Shown in pieces: positions 10,299 through 24,073 of a DNA stretch of 64,000 bases. Position 1 is the stretch's first letter. The number at the start of each line of letters is the position of its first letter. The notes under the pieces were generated by a model that was not told where the DNA came from, did not search any database, and saw only the letters and a list, made by a program, of their open reading frames with translations. Source of the DNA: Isurus oxyrinchus (lineage: Eukaryota); contig JANJGN010000002.1 in assembly GCA_026770705.1 (NCBI GenBank), positions 106,950,001 through 107,014,000 on the forward strand. The letters are read 5' to 3'. A program made the position numbers and the translations under genes.

Positions 10299-12479
10299 TT
10301 GACTTGTCCAATGTGCAAAAACAGATGCCATTCAAGCTATTTTTTCTGCCTGACTACTTTTTCCGCATATCAGCAGTGCTCCAGCGTGTTGCAATGCACA
10401 GCATTATTACAGCAGCCTTTCCAAAAAAAACACCATGAATCGATGCACTTTCCCAATCCTGATCCTGTCACGACGCTAGGTCTTTTCACTCTTGATGCTT
10501 TCTACCTTCTGTGTTTCGCATTCCCCTCATAGCTGAGCCCTCGCTGACTGTTCTCAACTGTGTCTCCGCGTGCCTTGATAATTCTTCAAGCAAGCTGATC
10601 ATATTGAAAACAACACCCATAGATTGCGTCAGCTACCGGATTGATCAATTGCCTCCACAGGCCCCTTCTCGTCTTCAAAGCACCAGTATAGTACGACTCG
10701 TTGCTTTAGTTTGTAACAACAAACAAATGTATTGTACTGAACAAGCAAGGAAATAACAGAAGTTTAAGACATACCTTTTCAAAGTTCATTCATAACTTTC
10801 CTAACTCCATGTTTAAGGGAAACCAGTAAATGTTCTGCAAAGATAAAAGCAAAATACTGCACATGCTGGGAAACTGAAGCAAAAACAAAAATAGCTGGAA
10901 AACTCAGCAGGTCTGACAGCATCCGTGGAGAGGAAGTCAGAGTTATCGTTTCCAGTCCGTATGAGTCTTCATCAGACCTCCATCAGAAGTGGTCTGCAAA
11001 GCTGCGCTAAACTGAGCGTAATCCAATGCCACATTTTACCCATCTGTTTGGCTTTACTTCAACATCAATGAGTATTCTCTTCTTGAATGACAGGCTTCGT
11101 GGCACCCAGGCGCATTATCTTTGAAAGTCATTGATTTCAAAGCGAAAGTCATTGATTGAAAGGCTTTTGTTTGCAATGTACAAAGTATCCAATCAATTCA
11201 TACTTAGCTTCTTATCAGACACGTCAAGATAAAGACAGACTTGCATTATTTATCACTTCTCAAGTCCTCTGGACGTCCCAAATGTCATCACTGCTAATCA
11301 CGTGTTTGTGACGTCTAGTCACTTGTGATGGAGGAAATGTGGCAAGTAATGTGCACACAACAAACAGCAATGTGAGAATCACCAGGTAAAATGTTGTCAT
11401 AAAGTGGATTCAAGACAAAACGTTGCTCACGCTACTGGAGAAGAACATGCTGCTCATATCTGAACAGAATAACCAGCACGGTTTCTTTTCAACTGAATAC
11501 CTTCAGTCCACTCTCCAGAAACCTGACTCGGGACAAGCAACTTGGAAGTTGAAACTTTGTTCGAGCTAAGTGAGGGTGTTATATCTGTCAGTGAAGCTGC
11601 TTCTTCAGAACATTTTCATTATGACTGAATAAATTGGACCAGTGCCAAGCCTCACTCAGAGATCCAGGTCACTTTTTGCCCCAAATGTTTCGGAGTTCCA
11701 CAAGTGACTACGCATGCCTGCATTTTAGCATTTAAATGCAGTTTTTGTGCAAAAGCACAAGCTTGTGCTGTAGCACACTTCCTCTCACTTGCAGAACTGT
11801 AATTTCAAGCCAAATCGCAAGTTTTGAGTGCAACAATGCAGTTCACACAAAAGTGGTTTACTGAGGGTGTGCTGCGCTCTCAGAAGTGCTATGACATGCA
11901 TTTTACGTGAATCCGAAGCCACATCTCCCTTCTCTTGGGATGGTAAGAGGTCCCCTGGCGTTATTCCAATGAATAACAGGGGGCTCCTACCTGCTGTCGT
12001 GGGCAATATTTAGCTCTCGGTCAGTATCATAAAAGACACACACTATCTCCTCGTTGCCGAATTGCTGTCTGGCGTTTGCAAGTTACCTGCACATTGGTGA
12101 CATTAGAGCAGTGAACACATTTGAAACGCATTTCTTTGCCTGGAAAGTGCTTTCAGATTCGTGGCAATGATCAAACGCGCTCTATAAATGTGTCGCTGTT
12201 TTAACATATTGAGCCTTGACGAGAGTGCACAAAAAATCAATTACCCCAAAGTGCAATGTTGAACATGAATTTGCATATCGTGCAAGATTTGCAGCTGGCA
12301 TGAGCGATGCTTGTTGCAGTCAATATTCTGGCATTGTAAAGAAAGATTTCCATGATTTTAGTCGCTGGAAATTGGTGTCTTTTCATATTCTGAGTCTTTA
12401 GGAGAACTGTTAGTTTGTCACCATGGCTTTAGGAGAGGGCTCTCACTTCTCACCAAGGATATTGTACCTGCTCTTTTAT

Positions 12480-12593
12480 AAGCTCCCAATTCTCTTCAAT
12501 TCGTATAAATCTTTCGCCTTTTACTAAAGATTTCCGTGGAGAGAATTGATTGAGAATTTTGAAGCAATTTTTGAATGCCTGACCTCAGGCAGG
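12480..12593 (+). ncRNA. RNU5: U5 snRNA, copy 6
   Basis: Intact core; A77 allele. Confidence 0.96.
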
Positions 12594-14775
12594 TTTACTT
12601 GTCCAATGTGCAAAAACAGATGCCATTCAAACTATTTTTTCTGCCTGACTACTTTTTCCGCATATCAGTAGTGCTCCAGCGTGTTGCAATGCACAGCATT
12701 ATTACAGCAGCCTTTCCAAAAAAAACACCATGAATCGATGCACTTTCCCAATCCTGATGCTGTCACGACGCTAGGTCTTTTCACTCTTGATGCTTTCTTC
12801 CTTCTGTGTTTCGCATTCCCCTCATAGCTGAGCCCTCGCTGACTGTTCTCAACTGTGTCTCCGCGTGCCTTGATAATTCTTCAAGCAAGCTGCTCATATT
12901 GAAAACAACACCCATAGATTGCGTCAGCTACCGGATTGATCAATTGCCTCCACAGGCCCCTTCTCGTCTTCAAAGCACCAGTATAGTCCGACTCCTTGCT
13001 TGAGTTTGTAACAACAAACAAATGTATTGTACTGAACAAGCAAGGAAATAACAGAAGTTTAAGACATACCTTTTCAAAGTTCATTCATAACTTTCCTAAC
13101 TCCATGTTTAAGGGAAACCAGTAAATGGTCTGCAAAGATAAAAGGAAAATACTGCACATGCTGGGAAACTGAAGCAAAAACAAAAATAGCTGGAAAACGC
13201 AGCAGGTCTGACAGCATCTGTGGAGAGGAAGTCTGAGTTATCGTTTCCAGTCCGTATGAGTCTTCATCAGACCTCCATCAGAAGTGGTCTGCAAAGCTGG
13301 GCTAAACTGAGCGTAATCCAATGCCACATTTTACCCATCTGTTTGGCTTTACTTCAACATCTATGAGCGCTCTCTTCTTGAATGACAGGCTTCGTGGCAC
13401 CCAGGCGCATTATCTTTGAAAGTCATTGATTTCAAAGCGAAAGTCATTGATTGAAAGGCTTTTGTTTGCAATGTACAAAGTATCCAATCAATTCATACTT
13501 AGCTTCTTATCAGACACGTCAAGATAAAGACAGACTTGCATTATTTATCACTTCTCAAGTCCTCTGGACGTCCCAAATGTCATCACTGCTAATCACGTGT
13601 TTGTGACGTCTAGTCACTTGTGATGTAGGAAATGCGGCAAGTAATGTGCACACAACAAACAGCAATGTGAGAATCACCAGGTAAAATGTTGTCATAAAGT
13701 GGATTCAAGACAAAACGTTGCTCACGCTACTGGAGAAGAACATGCTGCTCATATCTGAACAGAATAACCAGCACGGTTTCTTTTCAACTGAATACCTTCA
13801 GTCCACTCTCCAGAAACATGACTCGGGACAAGCAACTTGGAAGTTGAAACTTTGTTCGAGCTAAGTGAGGGTGTTATATCTGTCAGTGAAGCTGCTTCTT
13901 CAGAACTTTTTCATTATGACTGAATAAATTGGACCAATGCCAAGCCTCACTCAGAGATCCAGGTCACTTTTTGCCCCAAATGTTTCGGAGTTCCACAAGT
14001 GACTACGCATGCCTGCATGTTAGCATTTAAATGCAGTTTTTGTGCAAAAGCACAAGCTTGTGCTGTAGCATTCTTGCCTCTCACTTGCAGAACTGTAATT
14101 TCAAGCCAAATCGCAAGGTTGGAGTGCAAAAATGCAGTTGACACACAAGTGATTTACTGAGGGTGTGCTGCGCTCTCAGAAGTGCTATGACGTGCATTTT
14201 ACTTGAATCCGAAGCCATATCTCCCTTCTCTTGGGATGGTAAGAGGTCCCCTGGCGCTATTCCAATGAATAACAGGGGGCTCCTACCTGCTGTTGTGGGC
14301 AATATTTAGCTCTCGGTCAGTATCATAAAAGACACGCACTATCTCCTCGATGCCGAATTGCTGTCTGGCGTTTGCAAGCTACCTGCACGTTGGTGACATT
14401 AGAGCAGTGAACACATTTGAAACGCATTTCTTTGCCTGGAAAGTGCTTTCAGATTCGTGGCAATGATCAAACGCGCTCTATAAATGTGTCGCTGTTTTAA
14501 CATATTGAGCCTTGACGAGAGTGCACAAAAAATCAATTACCCCAAAGTGCAATGTTGAACATGAATTTGCATATCGTGCAAGATTTGCAGCTGGCATGAG
14601 CGATGCTTGTTGCAGTCAATATTCTGGCATTGTAAAGAAAGATTTCCATGATTTTAGTCGCTGGAAATTGGTGTCTTTTCATATTCTGAGTATTTAGGTG
14701 AACTGTTATTTTGTCACCACGGCTTTAGGAGAGGGCTCTCACTTCTCACCAAGGATATTGTACCTGCTCTTTTAT

Positions 14776-14889
14776 AAGCTCCCAATTCTCTTCAATTCGT
14801 ATAAATCTTTCGCCTTTTACTAAAGATTTCCGTGGAGAGAATTGATTGAGAGTTTTGAAGCAATTTTTGAATGCCTGACCTCAGGCAGG
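14776..14889 (+). ncRNA. RNU5: U5 snRNA, copy 7
   Basis: Intact core; G77; 3' box ends CAGT. Confidence 0.95.
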
Positions 14890-17071
14890 TTTACTTGTCC
14901 AATGTGCAAAAACAGTTGCCATTCAAACTATTTTTTCTGCCTGACTACTTTTTCTGCATATCAGTAGTGTTCCAGCATGTTGCAATGCACAGCATTATTA
15001 CAGCAGCCTTTCCAAAAAAAACACCATGAATCGATGCACTTTCCCAATCCTGATGCTGTCACGACGCTAGGTCTTTTCACTCTTGATGCTTTCTTCCTTC
15101 TGTGTTTCGCATTCCCCTCATAGCTGAGCCCTCGCTGACTGTTCTCAACTGTGTCTCCGCGTGCCTTGATAATTCTTCAAGCAAGCTCCTCATATTGAAA
15201 ACAACACCCATAGATTGCGTCAGCTACCGGATTGATCAATTGCCTCCACAGGCCCCTTCTCGTCTTCAAAGCACCAGTATAGTCCGACTCCTTGCTTGAG
15301 TTTGTAACAACAAACAAATGTATTGTACTGAACAAGCAAGGAAATAACAGAAGTTTAAGACATACCTTTTCAAAGTTCATTCATAACTTTCCTAACTCCA
15401 TGTTTAAGGGAAACCAGTAAATGGTCTGCAAAGATAAAAGGAAAATACTGCACATGCTGGGAAACTGAAGCAAAAACAAAAATAGCTGGAAAACGCAGCA
15501 GGTCTGACAGCATCTGTGGAGAGGAAGTCAGAGTTATCGTTTCCAGTCCGTATGAGTCTTCATCAGACCTCCATCAGAAGTGGTCTGCAAAGCTGGGCTA
15601 AACTGAGCGTAATCCAATGCCACATTTTACCCATCTGTTTGGCTTTACTTCAACATCTATGAGCGCTCTCTTCTTGAATGACAGGCTTCGTGGCACCCAG
15701 GCGCATTATCTTTGAAAGTCATTGATTTCAAAGCGAAAGTCATTGATTGAAAGGCTTTTGTTTGCAATGTACAAAGTATCCAATCAATTCATACTTAGCT
15801 TCTTATCAGACACGTCAAGGTAAAGACAGACTTGCATTATTTATCACTTCTCAAGTCCTCTGGACGTCCCAAATGTCATCACAGCTAATCACGTGTTTGT
15901 GACGTCTAGTCACTTGTGATGTAGGAAACGCAGCAAATAATGTGAGCACAACAAACAGCAATGTGAGAATCACCAGGTAAAATGTTGTCATAAATTGGAT
16001 TCAAGACAAAACGTTGCACACGCTACTGGGGAAGAACATGCTGCTCATATCTGAACAGAATAACCAGCACGGTTTCTTTTCAACTGTATACCTTCAGTCC
16101 ACTCTCCAGAAACCTGACTCGGGACAAGCAACTTGGAAGTTGAAACTTTGTTCGAACTAAGTGAGGGTGTTATATCTGTCAGTGAAGCTGCTTCTTCAGA
16201 ACTTTTTCATTATGACTGAATAAATTGGACCAATGCCAAGCCTCACGCAGAGATCCAAGTCACTTTTTGCCCCAAATGTTTCGGAGTTCCACAAGTGACT
16301 ACGCATGCCTGCATGTTAGCATTTAAATGCAGTTTTTGTGCAAAAGCACAAGCTTGTGCTGTAGCATTCTTGCCTCTCACTTGCAGAACTGTAATTTCAA
16401 GCCAAATCGCAAGGTTGGAGTGCAAAAATGCAGTTGACACACAAGTGATTTACTGAGGGTGTGCTGCGCTCTCAGAAGTGCTATGACGTGCATTTTACTT
16501 GAATCCGAAGCCATATCTCCCTTCTCTTGGGATGGTAAGAGGTCCCCTGGCGCTATTCCAATGAATAACAGGGGGCTCCTACCTGCTGTCGTGGGCAATA
16601 TTTAGCTCTCGGTCAGTATCATAAAAGACACGCACTATCTCCTCGATGCCGAATTGCTGTCTGGCGTTTGCAAGCTACCTGCACGTTGGTGACATTAGAG
16701 CAGTGAACACATTTGAAACGCATTTCTTTGCCTGGAAAGTGCTTTCAGATTCGTGGCAATGATCAAACGCGCTCTATAAATGTGTCGCTGTTTTAACATA
16801 TTGAGCCTTGACGAGAGTGCACAAAAAATCAATTACCCCAAAGTGCAATGTTGAACATGAATTTGCATATTGTGCAAGATTTGCAGCTGGCATGAGCGAT
16901 GCTTGTTGCAGTCAATATTCTGGCATTGTAAAGAAAGATTTCCATGATTTTAGTCGCTGGAAATTGGTGTCTTTTCATATTCTGAGTCTTTAGGAGAACT
17001 GTTAGTTTGTCACCATGGCTTTAGGAGAGGGCTCTCACTTCTCACCAAGGATATTGTACCTGCTCTTTCAT

Positions 17072-17185
17072 AAGCTCCCAATTCTCTTCAATTCGTATAA
17101 ATCTTTCGCCTTTTACTAAAGATTTCCGTGGAGAGAATTGATTGAGAGTTTTGAAGCAATTTTTGAATGCCTGACCTCAGGCAGG
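17072..17185 (+). ncRNA. RNU5: U5 snRNA, copy 8
   Basis: Intact core; G77. Confidence 0.96.
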
Positions 17186-19367
17186 TTTACTTGTCCAATG
17201 TGCAAAAACAGATGCCATTCAAACTATTTTTTCTGCCTTACTACTTTTTCTGCATATCAGTAGTGTTCCAGCGTGTTGCAATGCACAGCATTATTACAGC
17301 AGCCTTTCCAAAAAAAACACCATGAATCGATGCACTTTCCCAATCCTGATGCTGTCACGACGCTAGGTCTTTTCACTCTTGATGCTTTCTACCTTCTGTG
17401 TTTCGCATTCCCCTCATAGCTGAGCCCTCGCTGACTGTTCTCAACTGTGTCTCCGCGTGCCTTGATAATTCTTCAAGCAAGCTGATCATATTGAAAACAA
17501 CACCCATAGATTGCGTCAGCTACCGGATTGATCAATTGCCTCCACAGGCCCCTTCTCGTCTTCAAAGCACCAGTATAGTACGACTCCTTTCTTTAGTTTG
17601 TAACAACAAACAAATGTATTGTACTGAACAAGCAAGGAAATAACAGAAGTTTAAGACATACCTTTTCAAAGTTCATTCATAACTTTCCTAACTCCATGTT
17701 TAAGGGAAACCAGTAAATGTTCTGCAAAGATAAAAGCAAAATACTGCACATGCTGGGAAACTGAAGCAAAAACAAAAATAGCTGGAAAACTCAGCAGGTC
17801 TGACAGCATCCGTGGAGAGGAAGTCAGAGTTATCGTTTCCAGTCCGTATGAGTCTTCATCAGACCTCCATCAGAAGTGGTCTGCAAAGCTGCGCTAAACT
17901 GAGCGTAATCCAATGCCACATTTTACCCATCTGTTTGGCTTTACTTCAACATCAATGAGTACTCTCTTCTTGAATGACAGGCTTCGTGGCACCCAGGCGC
18001 ATTATCTTTGAAAGTCATTGATTTCAAAGCGAAAGTCATTGATTGAAAGGCTTTTGTTTGCAATGTACAAAGTATCCAATCAATTCATACTTAGCTTCTT
18101 ATCAGACACGTCAAGATAAAGACAGACTTGCATTATTTATCACTTCTCAAGTCCTCTGGACGTCCCAAATGTCATCACTGCTAATCACGTGTTTGTGACG
18201 TCTAGTCACTTGTGATGTAGGAAATGCGGCAAGTAATGTGCACACAACAAACAGCAATGTGAGAATCACCAGGTAAAATGTTGTCATAAAGTGGATTCAA
18301 GACAAAACGTTGCTCACGCTACTGGAGAAGAACATGCTGCTCATATCTGAACAGAATAACCAGCACGGTTTCTTTTCAACTGAATACCTTCAGTCCACTC
18401 TCCAGAAACCTGACTCGGGACAAGCAACTTGGAAGTTGAAACTTTGTTCGAGCTAAGTGAGGGTGTTATATCTGTCAGTGAAGCTGCTTCTTCAGAACTT
18501 TTTCATTATGACTGAATAAATTGGACCAATGCCAAGCCTCACTCAGAGATCCAGGTCACTTTTTGCCCCAAATGTTTCGGAGTTCCACAAGTGACTACGC
18601 ATGCCTGCATGTTAGCATTTAAATGCAGTTTTTGTGCAAAAGCACAAGCTTGTGCTGTAGCATTCTTGCCTCTCACTTGCAGAACTGTAATTTCAAGCCA
18701 AATCGCAAGTTTTGAGTGCAACAATGCAGTTCACACACAAGTGGTTTACTGAGGGTGTGCTGCGCTCTCAGAAGTGCTATGACATGCATTTTACGTGAAT
18801 CCGAAGCCACATCTCCCTTCTCTTGGGATGGTAAGAGGTCCCCTGGCGTTATTCCAATGAATAACAGGGGGCTCCTACCTGCTGTCGTGGGCAATATTTA
18901 GCTCTCGGTCAGTATCATAAAAGACACACACTATCTCCTCGTTGCCGAATTGCTGTCTGGCGTTTGCAAGTTACCTGCACATTGGTGACATTAGAGCAGT
19001 GAACACATTTGAAACGCATTTCTTTGCCTGGAAAGTGCTTTCAGATTCGTGGCAATGATCAAACGCGCTCTATAAATGTGTCGCTGTTTTAACATATTGA
19101 GCCTTGACGAGAGTGCACAAAAAATCAATTACCCCAAAGTGCAATGTTGAACATGAATTTGCATATCGTGCAAGATTTGCAGCTGGCATGAGCGATGCTT
19201 GTTGCAGTCAATATTCTGGCATTGTAAAGAAAGATTTCCATGATTTTAGTCGCTGGAAATTGGTGTCTTTTCATATTCTGAGTCTTTAGGAGAACTGTTA
19301 GTTTGTCACCATGGCTTTAGGAGAGGGCTCTCACTTCTCACCAAGGATATTGTACCTGCTCTTTTAT

Positions 19368-19481
19368 AAGCTCCCAATTCTCTTCAATTCGTATAAATCT
19401 TTCGCCTTTTACTAAAGATTTCCGTGGAGAGAATTGATTGAGAATTTTGAAGCAATTTTTGAATGCCTGACCTCAGGCAGG
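19368..19481 (+). ncRNA. RNU5: U5 snRNA, copy 9
   Basis: Intact core; A77. Confidence 0.96.
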
Positions 19482-21663
19482 TTTACTTGTCCAATGTGCA
19501 AAAACAGATGCCATTCAAACTATTTTTTCTGCCTGACTACTTTTTCCGCATATCAGTAGTGCTCCAGCGTGTTGCAATGCACAGCATTATTACAGCAGCC
19601 TTTCCAAAAAAAACACCATGAATCGATGCACTTTCCCAATCCTGATGCTGTCACGACGCTAGGTCTTTTCACTCTTGATGCTTTCTTCCTTCTGTGTTTC
19701 GCATTCCCCTCATAGCTGAGCCCTCGCTGACTGTTCTCAACTGTGTCTCCGCGTGCCTTGATAATTCTTCAAGCAAGCTGCTCATATTGAAAACAACACC
19801 CATAGATTGCGTCAGCTACCGGATTGATCAATTGCCTCCACAGGCCCCTTCTCGTCTTCAAAGCACCAGTATAGTCCGACTCCTTGCTTGAGTTTGTAAC
19901 AACAAACAAATGTATTGTACTGAACAAGCAAGGAAATAACAGAAGTTTAAGACATACCTTTTCAAAGTTCATTCATAACTTTCCTAACTCCATGTTTAAG
20001 GGAAACCAGTAAATGGTCTGCAAAGATAAAAGGAAAATACTGCACATGCTGGGAAACTGAAGCAAAAACAAAAATAGCTGGAAAACGCAGCAGGTCTGAC
20101 AGCATCTGTGGAGAGGAAGTCTGAGTTATCGTTTCCAGTCCGTATGAGTCTTCATCAGACCTCCATCAGAAGTGGTCTGCAAAGCTGGGCTAAACTGAGC
20201 GTAATCCAATGCCACATTTTACCCATCTGTTTGGCTTTACTTCAACATCTATGAGCGCTCTCTTCTTGAATGACAGGCTTCGTGGCACCCAGGCGCATTA
20301 TCTTTGAAAGTCATTGATTTCAAAGCGAAAGTCATTGATTGAAAGGCTTTTGTTTGCAATGTACAAAGTATCCAATCAATTCATACTTAGCTTCTTATCA
20401 GACACGTCAAGATAAAGACAGACTTGCATTATTTATCACTTCTCAAGTCCTCTGGACGTCCCAAATGTCATCACTGCTAATCACGTGTTTGTGACGTCTA
20501 GTCACTTGTGATGTAGGAAATGCGGCAAGTAATGTGCACACAACAAACAGCAATGTGAGAATCACCAGGTAAAATGTTGTCATAAAGTGGATTCAAGACA
20601 AAACGTTGCTCACGCTACTGGAGAAGAACATGCTGCTCATATCTGAACAGAATAACCAGCACGGTTTCTTTTCAACTGAATACCTTCAGTCCACTCTCCA
20701 GAAACATGACTCGGGACAAGCAACTTGGAAGTTGAAACTTTGTTCGAGCTAAGTGAGGGTGTTATATCTGTCAGTGAAGCTGCTTCTTCAGAACTTTTTC
20801 ATTATGACTGAATAAATTGGACCAATGCCAAGCCTCACTCAGAGATCCAGGTCACTTTTTGCCCCAAATGTTTCGGAGTTCCACAAGTGACTACGCATGC
20901 CTGCATGTTAGCATTTAAATGCAGTTTTTGTGCAAAAGCACAAGCTTGTGCTGTAGCATTCTTGCCTCTCACTTGCAGAACTGTAATTTCAAGCCAAATC
21001 GCAAGGTTGGAGTGCAAAAATGCAGTTGACACACAAGTGATTTACTGAGGGTGTGCTGCGCTCTCAGAAGTGCTATGACGTGCATTTTACTTGAATCCGA
21101 AGCCATATCTCCCTTCTCTTGGGATGGTAAGAGGTCCCCTGGCGCTATTCCAATGAATAACAGGGGGCTCCTACCTGCTGTTGTGGGCAATATTTAGCTC
21201 TCGGTCAGTATCATAAAAGACACGCACTATCTCCTCGATGCCGAATTGCTGTCTGGCGTTTGCAAGCTACCTGCACGTTGGTGACATTAGAGCAGTGAAC
21301 ACATTTGAAACGCATTTCTTTGCCTGGAAAGTGCTTTCAGATTCGTGGCAATGATCAAACGCGCTCTATAAATGTGTCGCTGTTTTAACATATTGAGCCT
21401 TGACGAGAGTGCACAAAAAATCAATTACCCCAAAGTGCAATGTTGAACATGAATTTGCATATCGTGCAAGATTTGCAGCTGGCATGAGCGATGCTTGTTG
21501 CAGTCAATATTCTGGCATTGTAAAGAAAGATTTCCATGATTTTAGTCGCTGGAAATTGGTGTCTTTTCATATTCTGAGTATTTAGGTGAACTGTTATTTT
21601 GTCACCACGGCTTTAGGAGAGGGCTCTCACTTCTCACCAAGGATATTGTACCTGCTCTTTTAT

Positions 21664-21777
21664 AAGCTCCCAATTCTCTTCAATTCGTATAAATCTTTCG
21701 CCTTTTACTAAAGATTTCCGTGGAGAGAATTGATTGAGAGTTTTGAAGCAATTTTTGAATGCCTGACCTCAGGCAGG
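21664..21777 (+). ncRNA. RNU5: U5 snRNA, copy 10
   Basis: Intact core; G77; 3' box ends CAGT. Confidence 0.95.
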
Positions 21778-23959
21778 TTTACTTGTCCAATGTGCAAAAA
21801 CAGTTGCCATTCAAACTATTTTTTCTGCCTGACTACTTTTTCTGCATATCAGTAGTGTTCCAGCATGTTGCAATGCACAGCATTATTACAGCAGCCTTTC
21901 CAAAAAAAACACCATGAATCGATGCACTTTCCCAATCCTGATGCTGTCACGACGCTAGGTCTTTTCACTCTTGATGCTTTCTTCCTTCTGTGTTTCGCAT
22001 TCCCCTCATAGCTGAGCCCTCGCTGACTGTTCTCAACTGTGTCTCCGCGTGCCTTGATAATTCTTCAAGCAAGCTCCTCATATTGAAAACAACACCCATA
22101 GATTGCGTCAGCTACCGGATTGATCAATTGCCTCCACAGGCCCCTTCTCGTCTTCAAAGCACCAGTATAGTCCGACTCCTTGCTTGAGTTTGTAACAACA
22201 AACAAATGTATTGTACTGAACAAGCAAGGAAATAACAGAAGTTTAAGACATACCTTTTCAAAGTTCATTCATAACTTTCCTAACTCCATGTTTAAGGGAA
22301 ACCAGTAAATGGTCTGCAAAGATAAAAGGAAAATACTGCACATGCTGGGAAACTGAAGCAAAAACAAAAATAGCTGGAAAACGCAGCAGGTCTGACAGCA
22401 TCTGTGGAGAGGAAGTCAGAGTTATCGTTTCCAGTCCGTATGAGTCTTCATCAGACCTCCATCAGAAGTGGTCTGCAAAGCTGGGCTAAACTGAGCGTAA
22501 TCCAATGCCACATTTTACCCATCTGTTTGGCTTTACTTCAACATCTATGAGCGCTCTCTTCTTGAATGACAGGCTTCGTGGCACCCAGGCGCATTATCTT
22601 TGAAAGTCATTGATTTCAAAGCGAAAGTCATTGATTGAAAGGCTTTTGTTTGCAATGTACAAAGTATCCAATCAATTCATACTTAGCTTCTTATCAGACA
22701 CGTCAAGGTAAAGACAGACTTGCATTATTTATCACTTCTCAAGTCCTCTGGACGTCCCAAATGTCATCACAGCTAATCACGTGTTTGTGACGTCTAGTCA
22801 CTTGTGATGTAGGAAACGCAGCAAATAATGTGAGCACAACAAACAGCAATGTGAGAATCACCAGGTAAAATGTTGTCATAAATTGGATTCAAGACAAAAC
22901 GTTGCACACGCTACTGGGGAAGAACATGCTGCTCATATCTGAACAGAATAACCAGCACGGTTTCTTTTCAACTGTATACCTTCAGTCCACTCTCCAGAAA
23001 CCTGACTCGGGACAAGCAACTTGGAAGTTGAAACTTTGTTCGAACTAAGTGAGGGTGTTATATCTGTCAGTGAAGCTGCTTCTTCAGAACTTTTTCATTA
23101 TGACTGAATAAATTGGACCAATGCCAAGCCTCACGCAGAGATCCAAGTCACTTTTTGCCCCAAATGTTTCGGAGTTCCACAAGTGACTACGCATGCCTGC
23201 ATGTTAGCATTTAAATGCAGTTTTTGTGCAAAAGCACAAGCTTGTGCTGTAGCATTCTTGCCTCTCACTTGCAGAACTGTAATTTCAAGCCAAATCGCAA
23301 GGTTGGAGTGCAAAAATGCAGTTGACACACAAGTGATTTACTGAGGGTGTGCTGCGCTCTCAGAAGTGCTATGACGTGCATTTTACTTGAATCCGAAGCC
23401 ATATCTCCCTTCTCTTGGGATGGTAAGAGGTCCCCTGGCGCTATTCCAATGAATAACAGGGGGCTCCTACCTGCTGTCGTGGGCAATATTTAGCTCTCGG
23501 TCAGTATCATAAAAGACACGCACTATCTCCTCGATGCCGAATTGCTGTCTGGCGTTTGCAAGCTACCTGCACGTTGGTGACATTAGAGCAGTGAACACAT
23601 TTGAAACGCATTTCTTTGCCTGGAAAGTGCTTTCAGATTCGTGGCAATGATCAAACGCGCTCTATAAATGTGTCGCTGTTTTAACATATTGAGCCTTGAC
23701 GAGAGTGCACAAAAAATCAATTACCCCAAAGTGCAATGTTGAACATGAATTTGCATATTGTGCAAGATTTGCAGCTGGCATGAGCGATGCTTGTTGCAGT
23801 CAATATTCTGGCATTGTAAAGAAAGATTTCCATGATTTTAGTCGCTGGAAATTGGTGTCTTTTCATATTCTGAGTCTTTAGGAGAACTGTTAGTTTGTCA
23901 CCATGGCTTTAGGAGAGGGCTCTCACTTCTCACCAAGGATATTGTACCTGCTCTTTCAT

Positions 23960-24073
23960 AAGCTCCCAATTCTCTTCAATTCGTATAAATCTTTCGCCTT
24001 TTACTAAAGATTTCCGTGGAGAGAATTGATTGAGAGTTTTGAAGCAATTTTTGAATGCCTGACCTCAGGCAGG
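23960..24073 (+). ncRNA. RNU5: U5 snRNA, copy 11
   Basis: Intact core; G77. Confidence 0.96.
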